DNA of 61,654 nucleotides, the filler included, from Asterionella formosa (taxonomy: Eukaryota): the NCBI GenBank assembly GCA_002256025.1. It is 13 parts of 13 records of this genome, joined end to end, with 100 filler letters (N's around TTAATTAATTAA, not from the genome) between each part and the next. Parts side by side here need not be neighbours in the genome. Positions count along the whole stretch, not along the records: positions 47,536 to 52,179 come from NKIB01013428.1; positions 52,280 to 56,920 come from NKIB01013429.1; positions 57,021 to 61,654 come from NKIB01013430.1; 10 more parts are not named here. One strand, 5' to 3'. The notes beneath the pieces were generated by a model. That model saw only the letters and a list, made by a program, of their open reading frames with translations, did not search any database and was not told where the DNA came from. Of the stretch, positions 48,034-60,737 are shown one piece after another (positions within the stretch are counted from its first letter, which is position 1; the number at the start of each line of letters is the position of its first letter). Position numbers and translations under genes: made by a program.

Positions 48034-50153
48034 ACTGACTAAGCATAGACTGCGCCAGCTTTTTCTGAAGTACAATGTACAAAAATTTAGTACAAAATGA
48101 ATGTTGGCGAGGAGGACCGTCCGCGCCAGTTTTCTTAACGAAAAGCAGCTGCTGGAATGAAAGGAACAAAATATCACATTCATGGTAAAATGAAATTATT
48201 GTTATTGTTATTGTTGTCGTTTTTGTCGTCTTTTCTGCTGTCATTTTTCTTGTTCTTATTCTATTGTTCTTTCGTTGTGGTTACTGTGGCTGTATACCCT
48301 TCTCTTCCTTGGTGTTCCTCGCCCTGCGTTTGAACTTGAACATGCATTGTTTGATATGGAATGTAAAAAGGTCTTGTTTGTTAAAAACCAGCCATCATCT
48401 GACTCTGTGAATCTTGTTCTTCGCTTCCAGATAACAAGAAGGACTCTGTTGTGGCCTGGTTCCTCTGGAAGAAACAGGCAGGCATTTTTTGTTTCTCCTT
48501 GCTTGTCATCACAGAAAGGATGCATCTGAAAGTTCGAGAAATTATGGTAAGCACCTACTATTTTGGGAAATGGAAACAGGTCTTTTGTCACATTGCTGTT
48601 GTTCTTTTTGTTGTTGCTCTGCACTGTCGCCCGTTTTCTTTGTCTTGTGTTCGGAACTATGTTTGATTGCTGTTGTAGTTCCTTTACCTCCATTTCGTTC
48701 TTCCTCTTACTTGTGCCATTTGGAATTGGAAAAGTGGTCAGTCATGAACATACTCTGCGAACCTTGTTCTTTTTCTACAGACAATCAATCTGTTTTTGGC
48801 AGGGCAGGGTTGAACCTTGGGAATAATGAAATGCGTCGTGCTCTGCCTGTGTCAGGATGGCTATCCTGTGTCAGGCAGGCTATCAATCATTTGTTATTCG
48901 CATTGTTGAAAGGATTCCTCTGGTGCATAGGGGACAAATGTATACATGGTAAGCAAGTGCAATGTTTTCTTGGCTTCTGCTGATATTGTTTGCTGTTGCT
49001 TGTTGTGGGCGGATCTCCTCTCCTATTCTCCTTCGTCTTTGTTCGGAATTGTTAGCGCAGGCATTGCCTATTTGTAATGAATTAGAAGAAGGGCTTGATT
49101 TTGTGCTTGTTAATTGTTGATCACGAACTTACTCTGCAAACGCTGTTCTTTGTCTACAGACAATCAATCTGTTGAGCAAGGGATTTGTTGGGAATCAGGC
49201 GGCATGGTAAGCACAACAAGAACGATGCCTTTGTAACAATTGTTCGTCCATGAACTCACTCTGCGACGTTGTTTACTGATTGCAGATAATCAATTTGATG
49301 AGGGCTGGGTTGGACATTGGGGAAAATGGTAAGGAGCACACAGAACCGAAATCATGGCTTCGCAACTTTTGCTATCTCATCAACTCACTCTGCAAATGCT
49401 GTTGCCCTCTTGTTTCTACAGCAGACAATCAATCTGAGCAATGAGAATGAGCAGCCGGCTCATTTGCTATGAATTGATCTACCGATAGTAGCAACAGGGA
49501 CTCCTGCAAGTATGAGTAGTCAGGCAATCTTGTGAGTCGTTACAGCATCCAGCTGCAAGAATGAACATCCATTGCTTATCGTATTGGTTTGAGAATCACA
49601 TTCTATAGAAAGTATCAATATAGACTATATAGTGAAGCGATTAATTTGATTGATTTTGCGATTGTAGCTAGAATTCAATTTAAACGTTATTTGCTTAAAA
49701 ATAATTATTTGTTTGACTAGCATTTATATTTGTTTAACCTTGAGGTATTAATGTGATCAAAGTAAAGATAAAATGGGAGCGAACAAACAGAATTAACGGT
49801 AGTCAGAGTGAAGAATATTTGTGAACGGAAATGTTGCGAATTGTAGAGAAAAGTACTGTATTATAGAGATTATTACTGAACCAATTTTTCTTCGTGTCGC
49901 CAGAAAATATTGTCAGTTGGCCCCAAAAACTATGTGGGTTTTAAAATAATTATGGAAGTTGTCGAAACTATTTTAGTTCACTCCGTTCATTTATATTGTA
50001 TGATGCATCATATTTTTTATGTGATGTCATACCCTTAAATTATGTACGTAGCTAAATTCGTCATATTGGGCAACCCAAATAATTAATTTGGGTGATCATA
50101 TTTGACTAGCGTTTTTTTTGTGGCGGCTGTACCAGTAATCGGCGTTGTAGATG

Positions 50154-50740
50154 TACACGGTGATGATTGTTACCACAACTGATTTGTCAATAACTTCATC
50201 AATATTGGAGCAATCCATACCTAAGAACCACTCAACTCATTGGAAGATACTACCGGATAAGATGGTATTCCGTTGATTCACAATGGATCAATGCTACTCA
50301 TCATTTACATATCACAGCCCGGATTTTTTTCACCTACACCCTACACGGTGATGATTGTTACCACTACTGACTTGTCAATAACTTCATCAATATTGGAGCA
50401 ATCCATACCTAAGAACCACTCAACTCAACTCATTGGAAGATAGTACCGAATAAGATGGTATTCCGTCGATTCACAATGGATCAATGCTACTCATCATTTA
50501 CATGTCACAGCCCGGATCTTTTCACCTACAATTTACACGGTGATGATTGTTACCACTACTGACTTGTCAATAACTTCATCAATATTGGAGCAATCCATAC
50601 CTAAGAACCACTCAACTCATTGGAAGATAGTACCGAATAAGATGGTATTCCGTTGATTCACAATGGATCAATGCTACTCATCATTTACATGTCACAACCC
50701 GGATTTTTTAATCTATACCCTACATGGTGCTGATTGTTCC
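50154..50740. repeat. Tandem array, 3.1 x about 189 bp
   Basis: Units start tacacggtgatgattgttaccac at 50154, 50342 and 50534, with a partial unit at 50721. The units are highly similar. Confidence 0.95.
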
Positions 50741-50880
50741 CAATTGTAACTTTGTGTATCATCTATCTCAATTCATATTTAAACATCTGCTAATGCTTTT
50801 GTGATTTGTTCCTATTATATGTTGATCTATCTCAATTCATATTTTAGCATCTACTAATCTTTTTGTTAATTGTCTATATC

Positions 50881-52038
50881 TTATATTGATCTATTGATTC
50901 GAAAGTGTTCACTTGGGGGTAACGTCTCAGGAGGTAATAATCTGCATTCACGATGGAACTGTGCGTCTAGAAAGAAGATCTGGACTAGATTCCTCTTTCT
51001 AGCAGCTGTTGTTATTGAATACCAATGTTCACTTGGGGGAGAGCTCTTTGTGTTGATACAAAGGTCGTCCAAATACTTTGCTGCTTCGTTCTTTAACCAC
51101 AGCCGCTGAGCCGCGAGAGTTTCTCCAGTTGCACCTAAGAAAGTTGTCCGTCCTTGCAGATAGATAGGGCATTCTGAACATAAGCGTTGGGCATAACCAA
51201 TGCGATATATTATCTTGTTTTTGACGTCATTCCATCGGTCAATCCAACCATCTGTTTTGGGCAACCGAATTGCTCGAGCCGAGGATGCCAAACTGTAGGA
51301 AACCAAACCTAATACTGTTGCAGTTGTCGGCTTAGACCTACCATGCAAGGATCGCATATCCAAGTCAAGCTTGGGAAGAGCATTCCATACAGGCTCTTCT
51401 CTATGCCACCTACAGGAATGTGTCATCATCGCTTTGGCGACGCCGGCTTTGAAAGGAAGCTGTAGGTCTGTGGCAGTGGACAGAAAGTTTAACTGCACCT
51501 GACAAACAGGACACAGTGCAGGTTCAAACAACTGTTGTGTTGGTCCAACTGTGGCTTTCGATTCATGAGATAATACCGCTTCTGTTAATGTTTGAAGTTC
51601 ATCCTGACACTGAGGCTGAAAGTTAGACATAGCACCCATAAACACACCCATCATCTGCGCCATATCAGATCGTATTGCTTTCAACTCTTCCCGCAGCACT
51701 GGAACACCCTCCTCCTCCTCCTCCTCCTCCTTCGATGGCGCAACTTTCAATGATCCAGAGTCTGCCTAAGCCGGATCAGGTCGAAATTTCCTTTTCTCTC
51801 CTGATATTTTTTTTAGCGACTCCGGTGTTTGGACCGGCCCATCACTCCTGAGGGCGCGTTGTATACGCGGCGTTTTAGTTATGAATGCACGCTTTTGAGA
51901 AATGGGATTGAATCGCCTTGCCAATAAGGCTGTCAAGGTAGTGGCCGCGTCAATGGCTGGTTTGGTAGTCATGTCAATTTGCGGTTTCTCATAACGATCC
52001 TCCTTATCCAGATGCTTACCTTTTGTCTTACGATTCAT
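50881..52038 (-). pseudogene. Unknown ORF of about 385 codons with one in-frame TAG (51766-51768); possibly a mobile-element ORF
   Basis: ORFs 51766-52038 and 50881-51750 share a frame, joined by *ADSGS. Basic N-terminus, poly-Glu, coiled coil, CPVC...HSCRWH and CSEC. Confidence 0.5.
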
Positions 52039-52279
52039 TATGATGGGAGCTCGACAATGGATGTAACAAATTCACTAAAATGCGTACCACTGTTGGAACT
52101 TATTGCACCTGATGTGACCTTTTGAAAATATTTGGAGGTTGTGTTTGGGTTGATCATAACCAAATTCGAATAGCGTTGCNNNNNNNNNNNNNNNNNNNNN
52201 NNNNNNNNNNNNNNNNNNNNNNNTTAATTAATTAANNNNNNNNNNNNNNNNNNNNNNNNNNNNNNNNNNNNNNNNNNNN

Positions 52280-52899
52280 GAGTGCACCAACTCTCGAATA
52301 ACATTGTTCAGCCCAGGACATAGTCCTCCACAAGTAACAATGGCTGCATTTACCTTGCTTGGATCAAAATGCAAGACCTTTCTTGGTCCGGCGAGATGGA
52401 ACGCGCGCGATACACTCTTCATACCAGGTTTTCGAATGGTATCGATAAGTACCAATTCCTCATCAGAGATGAGTTTGTTGTATTGAATGTTGGCTCGGTG
52501 GGTGCTTTCCTCATGGCAGGGTGGCTGGAAGCACTTGTGCCTCTTGTTGTGTCTCTTGTTGAACTTGATCATGTTGTTGTTGGATGCGTCCTCGAAGGAT
52601 GCAAATCTAGTATTCAAGCGCTCAATTTCAGCAACAAACACCTGTGTGACAGCAGCAAATGACGAGGTCGCCTTGGTATATCCAGCTGCAGACAAACATG
52701 TCCCAGGATCGACATGTTCATCATTGTTCGTGTCCAAAATACATTCTTCCGTGGCACCTGATGGAGCTTTGCTACTCGTAAATGGCGTAGAAAATGCAGC
52801 ATAGACACAGCTGCTAGGAGACGCAGATATAAATACCAATAGGTGCAGGACAGCGGCGGAGCAACGGATGGAGCGAATAAGCGACGATGACTGTGGCAT
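52280..52899 (-). CDS. PFK: Phosphofructokinase (group X ATP-PFK-like), 5' part, probably plastid-targeted
   Basis: [16 protein letters not shown]...[21 protein letters not shown]. Signal peptide followed by YAA-FSTP. Truncated at the spacer. Confidence 0.9.
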
Positions 52900-54639
52900 G
52901 GCTACTATTATATTGCAGCATGCTGATGTGTGATCATGAGCGATGTCTTGTAATTTCTGGGATCAAGATGATGATGATAAGAATGCTTCAAAATCAGTCC
53001 AGTTCCTTCCAAGATACGGTAGGCAGACAGAAAATGTGACTTCCATAATATAACGTGTACATAAGTACAGGTACCTGGTACCGGAAAAGGTTTGGTAGGT
53101 ACAGAATGACACGCACCGGTCGACCATCTGGTACCACTGGTACCTGGTACCAGTACCAGGGTACCTGGTAGAAGTACCAAGTACCACCTAAAACTGAGAG
53201 TCATCCATATTTTACGCCATGTTACGACTCAAATTGTTTTAGTCCGATTGGATGGTGATGTTGAAGCAAGTACGAAAGTTATTGTAGCTCGTCCTCTCAA
53301 GTACTAGGTACCAGGTACCACGAGATCTAGTTACCGCCATAACTTTGGTGAAGTCAATATTTCTTGAGAAAAAGAAGTTTCTAATGTCACCGTTTGCTTT
53401 GCCTCATCATAAGAATAACTCTAAGTATATTGGGTTTTAATAAATACTACCGGTACGCAAGGAAATTTTAATCTTCCATTTTCCTGGTTACCCTATTGTT
53501 GCCACAAAATTATTAGTCTGTTTCATGTTACTACCCTTTATTTATTGTCCCTTTCGATGTTTTCTTCCCATAATAATAGTCGATTTCGACGATACTCCAC
53601 TATTTATATTTGGTTTCGGGTCAAATGCAACATTAGTAATTGATTTTGGTGACAGTTTAAGTAATGTTTAATTCCATCTGTCACGTGACAGCCTACCCAC
53701 TTGTTGTTTGACAATCCTCATCATACATAAAATACCGGTGTGCAGATCATACAATACTTGCTGGCTTTGAAGCCTTGTAAACGTTATGACAGGTTGCTGA
53801 TTGACAAAGCCATGCTGATGATGATGTGAGACAATTTTGAACAGTTAAATATTGAATTATAAATTGAAACTATAAAACCTTGTGTCTTGTATACCCCCCA
53901 AATACCTGTACCCCGCCCTTTTGTACATCTGGCACAACACTTCCAAGTATTTTATGCCTACAGAAAAAATAACAGCATTTTATTGTATTCCAGCAATTTG
54001 TTAAAGTATTTGTACAATACTTGTATTCTTACTAGTCACTATCATGAAACAACAATCAACAACAACACGAACGATGCCAATGACATTGCTTTGCGATGGC
54101 GATACTATCTATATTTCAACAGTCGAAGGTGCAAGTTCTTGCAAGCTGGTTGTGTCATGATTATCAAGGTTGAATGCTACACATGATGGGCTATAGTAGC
54201 AAGCTAAAATCGACATTTACTCGGTATGAGTGGACAGTAGCTAGGCAAGCGAAGGGCGCAACAATAGCTACGTTGTGAATTGCCTCAACAATACCCTCCT
54301 TCTCGGTGGCTAAATTGCCTTCATTAACACATGTGTACTCAGCTGGGATGGCACTCGTAGTAGGGTGACCTTCTTGTAGGGCCAGGGGGGCACTTGTACA
54401 GTTACCCTACTTGCGCCACCCAGCCTCAAAGACAGCATGTATCCCTGCAGGAATGAGACGACCTCAGGCATGTATTGCCTTCAGCAATTTTGCTTCATTT
54501 GTAATGTCATCATTTCAACTCAGCTGGCATCACACCCAACTACCTATGTAATACTCTAGCTAATGAGAGTAATCCCAGTTAACATAGTAGCTGAGGTGAA
54601 CCAAACAATATATCATTCCTTGTGCTGTATTCATGTACA

Positions 54640-55350
54640 AGGTACCCTCATGGCTGAGAGCTGGTATATAATTTTTAGCTGAAATAATGTGATTCTTTTG
54701 TACATAGAAAACGATAGAGTGTAACAGTAGACTTTCTCGCAAGTGACTGGTGGAGATTCCTTCATCATCATGTCATCGCAGCATTGACCGTGATGAAAAT
54801 AGCAAATATCTCCACGAAAATTGAGAATGGACCTTTCCTATTTGGTACATATATCAATCACAACATAGACAGTAAAATTATTTAAGATTTTTCTAATAAA
54901 ACCATTAGCGACAACGAAAATTGAAGTCACCAATGGCACTTTTTTCATGGAAATTAGAGATACACAATTTTTCAAACAACAATGCAATGAGCAGTTTTGA
55001 CTCTTTCACAGTAGCTACAAAACAAAAAAACTACGACTACAAGCAACAATAACATGAATAATCGTTTGCAAACAATGTGAAATAAGTTATTTATCCACTG
55101 AAAAGTGATTGATTGCAAATTGGTAATTTTTGTAGTGGAAGCCAACAAATGTGAATTATGCTGTCGAACCTATCAGTATTGCCCACAGTAATGTGCAGTA
55201 CTAGCCCTGTCATGCATCATACATGTGATTATCAACAGGAGTTTAGTAAACCATAATTGAATGCTAGATGATGTAGCAAAGCCATTTTGCTTGCACATGG
55301 TTGACATACCAATAGACTGGTGTTGATAACTCACTTTCCTTCTATGATAA
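54640..55350. repeat. Dispersed repeat family, copy 2
   Basis: Collinear, diverged homolog of 23810-24503 on a different contig. Confidence 0.8.
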
Positions 55351-55580
55351 CATAGCCACCAGACATGTACCTATGAATTAAGGAATTTTTTTTTACAAGA
55401 AAGTTTAAGAAAAATTATGCTTAAAGTTGAGCCATTTCGCTTAAAGTTAAAAGTGCTTTAACCCAAGATTACAATTTTGTCAGATTTCAAATTATCTGAA
55501 AATATCCAATTTCTTTCAACCTAGATATAGACCAGTAGTAATGCGCTATAAAAATGATTAAATAAAAAATAAATTATAAT

Positions 55581-55888
55581 AAGCTCTTTAAGACTACTCA
55601 TTGGCTAGAAGGGTAGACAATGTAGTGCTTCCTGGCACTGCCAGTCTGATGTTCATGTACTTACTTACCAACCCAAGATCATCCCAACAAACATGGTGAC
55701 TACAGGCACTGCTGTGCAGGAATCTGTACCATTTTTAATTGCCTGTATGGTACAACAGGGACCTGTCTTTTTAATTCATTAGCCACACCCCCAGAACCCT
55801 AAGGGCTCATGAAAAAGAAAGAGAGGTGGAGAATGCAAGCATCAAACCTTCCACCTATGTATGCATGCTATCCAACTAAGCATCCCCC
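55581..55888 (-). mobile_element. tRNA-derived SINE, copy 4
   Basis: The reverse complement reads ggggatgcttagttgg...ggtttgatgcttgcattctccacc...ggctaatgaattaaaaagacagg...cagactggcagtgc...gtctac...tcttaaagagctt. It is on a different contig from copies 1-3. Confidence 0.8.
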
Positions 55889-56037
55889 ACCAAGGACCAA
55901 TCTACCACCAGTGAATAGTCTATGTAGGCTACTTTATAGACTCTTTGAATATTATATGATAAGCCCACAAAAACTCCATCAACATTTGGTGAGTTTGAAT
56001 CAAGCATTTTTCAATAGATCAATACCAGCACCCATGT

Positions 56038-56895
56038 CTATCGATCCAAAGTGGCATCCCTTGCCAATACTTCTGGAGCAAATTTCACTAAAAATACAGC
56101 TTTGTCCTTGCGTGGGGGCAAGAACGTTTCCCTGTTATGATTGACTTCTTCAGCTTCTAGGGTGACACTATGGGCCGTGACACGGGCAGTAAAGCCTGCA
56201 CCATCCAAAACCCCCGCAATGATTCCCGAGATGTATGCGTCAATGGACAATTGCCCAAGATCAGCAGGAACAGATACATACGTGGACGTGATGCAGTCAT
56301 AATCTAAAATCATAAATTCGTCAGCGTGATCAATGGAACGTTCCAGACTGTCGGCTGGCTTACCAAAGAGACATTTCCAAACTTGTGACGAAACAAACTG
56401 CAGTACATTCATGAGTCTGGTTTCTCGTTTGGACTGTTGTTTTTCATGTTTTTGTTGTTCGTGTGTGAGTTAGTGCGGAATGGAAACGTCGCAGTGACGG
56501 TCATGTCAAAACAGAACCTTTTCGTACCTCCTTTGATCGAAACGCCAAAAGCTCCAAGACTTTTAATCCTACGCCATAGCCACTACTTTCCAGTCGACGC
56601 TCCAGTTCTGAAATACTGGAGACTCTCGATTGGTGATATTGCACCAATTCGCTATAGAGGTAGGCAAAGGCGGACTGCGAGACCGTCCCGTCTTGCGCTC
56701 TGAAAGCGTATTACAACACATCATGTGAGAACAGAACGAGAGTGCGAACGGGATGTAATCAAAATCAATGAACAGACTTGTTGCATACACACACACGTAT
56801 GATGTAATTTACCTTGCACCACGAGCGCTTCCCAAGGGACGATCGAGAATGTTGGTGGATGCTCGTGTTGCCGAACTGTTGATCATGGTGGACAT
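56038..56895 (-). CDS. TRAPPC5: TRAPP complex subunit 5 (Trs31); exons 56813-56895, 56528-56699, 56038-56433
   Basis: The spliced product reads NILDRPL...VSQSAFAYLYSELVQY...LERRLESSGYGVGLKVLELL...KRETRLMNVLQFVSSQVWKCLFGKPADSLE...VSVP...AGIIAGVL-type...GFTARVTAH. Two GT-AG introns preserve the frame. Confidence 0.93.
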
Positions 56896-57079
56896 CAATC
56901 TTGAGAAACAATGATCAGACNNNNNNNNNNNNNNNNNNNNNNNNNNNNNNNNNNNNNNNNNNNNTTAATTAATTAANNNNNNNNNNNNNNNNNNNNNNNN
57001 NNNNNNNNNNNNNNNNNNNNTACCGTTATCACGATTTGTTGCTCGGCATTGTTTTGATTCGCAGTACAACAACAAAAAA

Positions 57080-58469
57080 ATGCCGACCAACGATACCATC
57101 GATCCGTTGTTCACGTCCACCTCCCCACGCAAGCCGTCATTACTAACCATTTCTTTTGCGGATGATCCAAGTGGATTGTTGGGGCTTCGGCTCCGCAACC
57201 GGGATCTTGTAAGTTGATCTGGTTCTGTTTTCTTTTGTGTTTGTGGATTGGATTGGAAATTGGAAATTGGATTTTGCACTTTTTCTTTTGAAAGTGACTG
57301 ATTTCAACGAAAATCTCTCTCATCACATATTCTTTAATACGACCACCCGCCTTTAGGGAGAAATTGCAGACATCTTCATCCCATCCTACATTACAGTTCT
57401 AAATCTTATTGAAGGAGCTTCGATCGCACGGAATGTTGGAGTAATGCCAGGTGATTGCATTGTTTGCGTAAATGGACAAGGGTATCGACGATTTCCTCCT
57501 GATTATCCTGACAAGGACTTGGAACGTGTCGGCGGGAAGCACGAAATCGTTGAATCGGAGGAGCAAGCGGCGGCAAAGGAGACAACGCTGACCGGATTGG
57601 ATCAACGTCAACATTATAGAACTGTCCTCAAAATGACGAAAGAGAGTTCGGCTGGAGATGTTCCCCTAACTTTGCAACTCGAACGTCACGGGTGGGATTC
57701 CAAGGCGCACTCTTTTGAAAGATTCCTCGTGGCAAATGATGGCGATGTGGTGAATGCCATGGGAATGTTGGAACGGCATATGCAGTGGCGAGAACAATTT
57801 TTCCCGGTGGATCTCACTTCGCCGTCATTGCAAGAAACGATCAAACTTAATGCAATATGCGATGTCTGTATCAATAATAGCGACAATGCACCCACCATTT
57901 TTATCAACTATGAAAAATTATTGAACGCGACGACTTTGGAGGAATCCACGAAGAAACATCTAATGTTGGTTGATTTTGCTGCAGTGAAGAGGTGGCCAAC
58001 AATTGACGATGTTGTTACAACGATTATCATGTATACAGATCTCCTAATGGCGACAGCGCCAGATCCAACCAAACCAAAGATATGTCATTTTATTGATTTA
58101 TCATCGCTTGAGGTGACCATGGAATTAAATGTCCAACTCATCAAGGCTATATATGCAGCATGGGAACCGCATTACCCCGAAACGTTGTCGAAACTTGTGT
58201 TTTATCCAGTCAATGCCACACTTGCCAAGCACCCAGTGAGCGGCATATATGCTCCCACTCAGTCCTTTATGCTAAAATCGTTGATAGATCACGATTTGCA
58301 CAGCACGACACGAGAAAAGTACGTCATTACGGATAGTCTAGATGTTGTCTGCGAGGAATTGGGGTGGGACAGAGAAGTCGTGGAAAGCGCGGGTGGGCCA
58401 AGTGCGTTTGCTCTCCAACACAACCAATCCGCGAAGAAATTCTTGATTTTAGACAATGACTCGTCCTAA
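57080..58469 (+). CDS. PDZ-like + CRAL-TRIO (Sec14-like) lipid-binding protein; exons 57080-57208 and 57357-58469
   Basis: Phase-0 intron GTAAGT(57209)...TTTAG(57356). PDZ-like LLGLRL...GASIARNVGVMPGDCIVCVNG. CRAL-TRIO motifs ERFLVANDGDV..A..ML..H..WRE and HYPETLSKLVFYP. Confidence 0.82.
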
Positions 58470-58677
58470 TTTTTTCTCATTGAACAATTGCTCCGTTGTG
58501 GGTCCATTGAAGAACGAAAACCATAATAGAAATAGGTAGATATATACATATAAAAATCGAGTGCTGTTGGAGTTAATGTTTTCGTGTACCGACACTCTGT
58601 TATAGTAGTAGGAGATAGGGGAATGGAGAACGAGGATTTTGCGTTATTCCAAGTGTCGTTTACATGCAAGAAAAGGA

Positions 58678-59685
58678 CTATGGATTGACGCCCACCTGGA
58701 GTAGAATTTTCCCCTTGGAATGACCATGTTCGATATAGCTGTGTGCTTCGGCAGCATCCTCGAGTGGAAACGTTCGGTCCGTGTTCATGACAAGTTTTCC
58801 CGACGTTATCCACTCGAGCACTTCCAGCCATCGTTCGTCCAGCTCCTCCCGAGTGGCAATATAGTCCCCCAGCTTGGGGCGGGTCATAAATGCCGATTTT
58901 GGAGCCAATCGAAGCGGAGCGATATCAGGAACAACTCCCGATGCATTACCAAAGGATATCCAAATGCCTCGACACGCCAACACTTTCAAGGATATTTCCC
59001 AAGTAGCCTTTCCTACTCCATCAATGATACATTTGCAACCCACGTTGTTAGTAATCTCCATAATCTTGGCAGCTAAATCAATTGTGGTATAATCCGCATG
59101 AGATTTTCCGTGAGGTGATTCTAGCACAATCAATTCATCGCACCCAACGGTTCTGGCGATTCCCTCCTTTGATTGTGAGCATGTCCCAATTACTTTATAT
59201 CCCCGAAGCTTGGCCATTTGAGCTGCCCATTGACCAGTTCCACTTCCAACAGAATAAATCAAGCACCATTCTCCTTGTTGAATGAGGCCACAATGTGCCG
59301 AGGTGACTAGGTAGTGTGCTGTCAGTCCCTGAATCATGGCCGCAATGGCACTTGGCAAGTCCACATGGTCTGGTACTTTTACAAGTTTGTCAACAGAAAC
59401 TGATGTAAATTCGGCGTACGATCCATCCGCCATGTATGCCACCGTATCACCGACACTCCAGTCGTCTTGTCCGATGCCATTTCCAACAGCAGCAATGACC
59501 CCTCCGCCATCTTGGCCCGAAATAAAAGGAAGCTCACGTGGGTACAGTCCACTACGATAGTAGGTGTCTATAAAGTTGACTCCGGCGAATTGATTCTTCA
59601 CCAATACTTGATCATCGCGAATGGATGGGATGGGTAGTTCTGTATATTTCATGACAGATACATTACCGACGTTATTAACAACCAC
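58678..59685 (-). CDS. qor: NADPH:quinone oxidoreductase (zeta-crystallin/MDR family), start uncertain
   Basis: AGVNFIDTYYRSGLY, GSYAEF, QGLTAHYL, GSGTGQWAAQMAKLRG, IDGVGK, FGNASG, FPLEDAAEAH and GKILL. The 5' end lies near a scaffold gap (59773-60363). Confidence 0.92.
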   Translation of the reverse strand: MVVNNVGNVSVMKYTELPIPSIRDDQVLVKNQFAGVNFIDTYYRSGLYPRELPFISGQDGGGVIAAVGNGIGQDDWSVGDTVAYMADGSYAEFTSVSVDKLVKVPDHVDLPSAIAAMIQGLTAHYLVTSAHCGLIQQGEWCLIYSVGSGTGQWAAQMAKLRGYKVIGTCSQSKEGIARTVGCDELIVLESPHGKSHADYTTIDLAAKIMEITNNVGCKCIIDGVGKATWEISLKVLACRGIWISFGNASGVVPDIAPLRLAPKSAFMTRPKLGDYIATREELDERWLEVLEWITSGKLVMNTDRTFPLEDAAEAHSYIEHGHSKGKILLQVGVNP

Positions 59686-60737
59686 GGCCTGATGATAAAT
59701 TGTAACGATGTTGTTCGTATTTATTAGCTTTGATCGTTCCTTTCATCAGTACAGTATTGTGGAACTTTTTTCNNNNNNNNNNNNNNNNNNNNNNNNNNNN
59801 NNNNNNNNNNNNNNNNNNNNNNNNNNNNNNNNNNNNNNNNNNNNNNNNNNNNNNNNNNNNNNNNNNNNNNNNNNNNNNNNNNNNNNNNNNNNNNNNNNNN
59901 NNNNNNNNNNNNNNNNNNNNNNNNNNNNNNNNNNNNNNNNNNNNNNNNNNNNNNNNNNNNNNNNNNNNNNNNNNNNNNNNNNNNNNNNNNNNNNNNNNNN
60001 NNNNNNNNNNNNNNNNNNNNNNNNNNNNNNNNNNNNNNNNNNNNNNNNNNNNNNNNNNNNNNNNNNNNNNNNNNNNNNNNNNNNNNNNNNNNNNNNNNNN
60101 NNNNNNNNNNNNNNNNNNNNNNNNNNNNNNNNNNNNNNNNNNNNNNNNNNNNNNNNNNNNNNNNNNNNNNNNNNNNNNNNNNNNNNNNNNNNNNNNNNNN
60201 NNNNNNNNNNNNNNNNNNNNNNNNNNNNNNNNNNNNNNNNNNNNNNNNNNNNNNNNNNNNNNNNNNNNNNNNNNNNNNNNNNNNNNNNNNNNNNNNNNNN
60301 NNNNNNNNNNNNNNNNNNNNNNNNNNNNNNNNNNNNNNNNNNNNNNNNNNNNNNNNNNNNNNNCGCATGATTCTGTCAACCATGACTCCATGCGAACAGC
60401 GAGAACCTTTACCAGCATCAGTCAGGTACGTCAAATGGTGCAAGGACATTAAAACGTCTGAAATCATGGTACTGCTGTGTTCTGCTCATCCATGGAAAGA
60501 GAGAGTGGCAATCAGTGATTGCATCGACATGAGTCCATTCCAAATGTTGTGTCACATTTTGAAATGATGAGAGGGCTTTGAAGTTGCAAATGTAGGATAG
60601 GACTATTTACTCACATGGTGCACTGATGAATTGTTATGTAGGGTACAGTCCAACATGAAATGAATCCACTCGGTGGTGTACACTTCGGGTTGCATTTCTC
60701 TCATGCACTTGCATGTCCAAAACAAGGAAATCCCCAA

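Noticed and set aside
50159..50184. C/D snoRNA array (GTGATGA...CTGA in each 189-bp unit)
   Set aside because: Only one C and one nearby D-like box, no terminal stem or second box pair, and only an imperfect resemblance of the spacer to an rRNA complement.
50154..50740. CRISPR array
   Set aside because: Whole units repeat with no unique spacers, there are no cas genes, and the context is eukaryotic.
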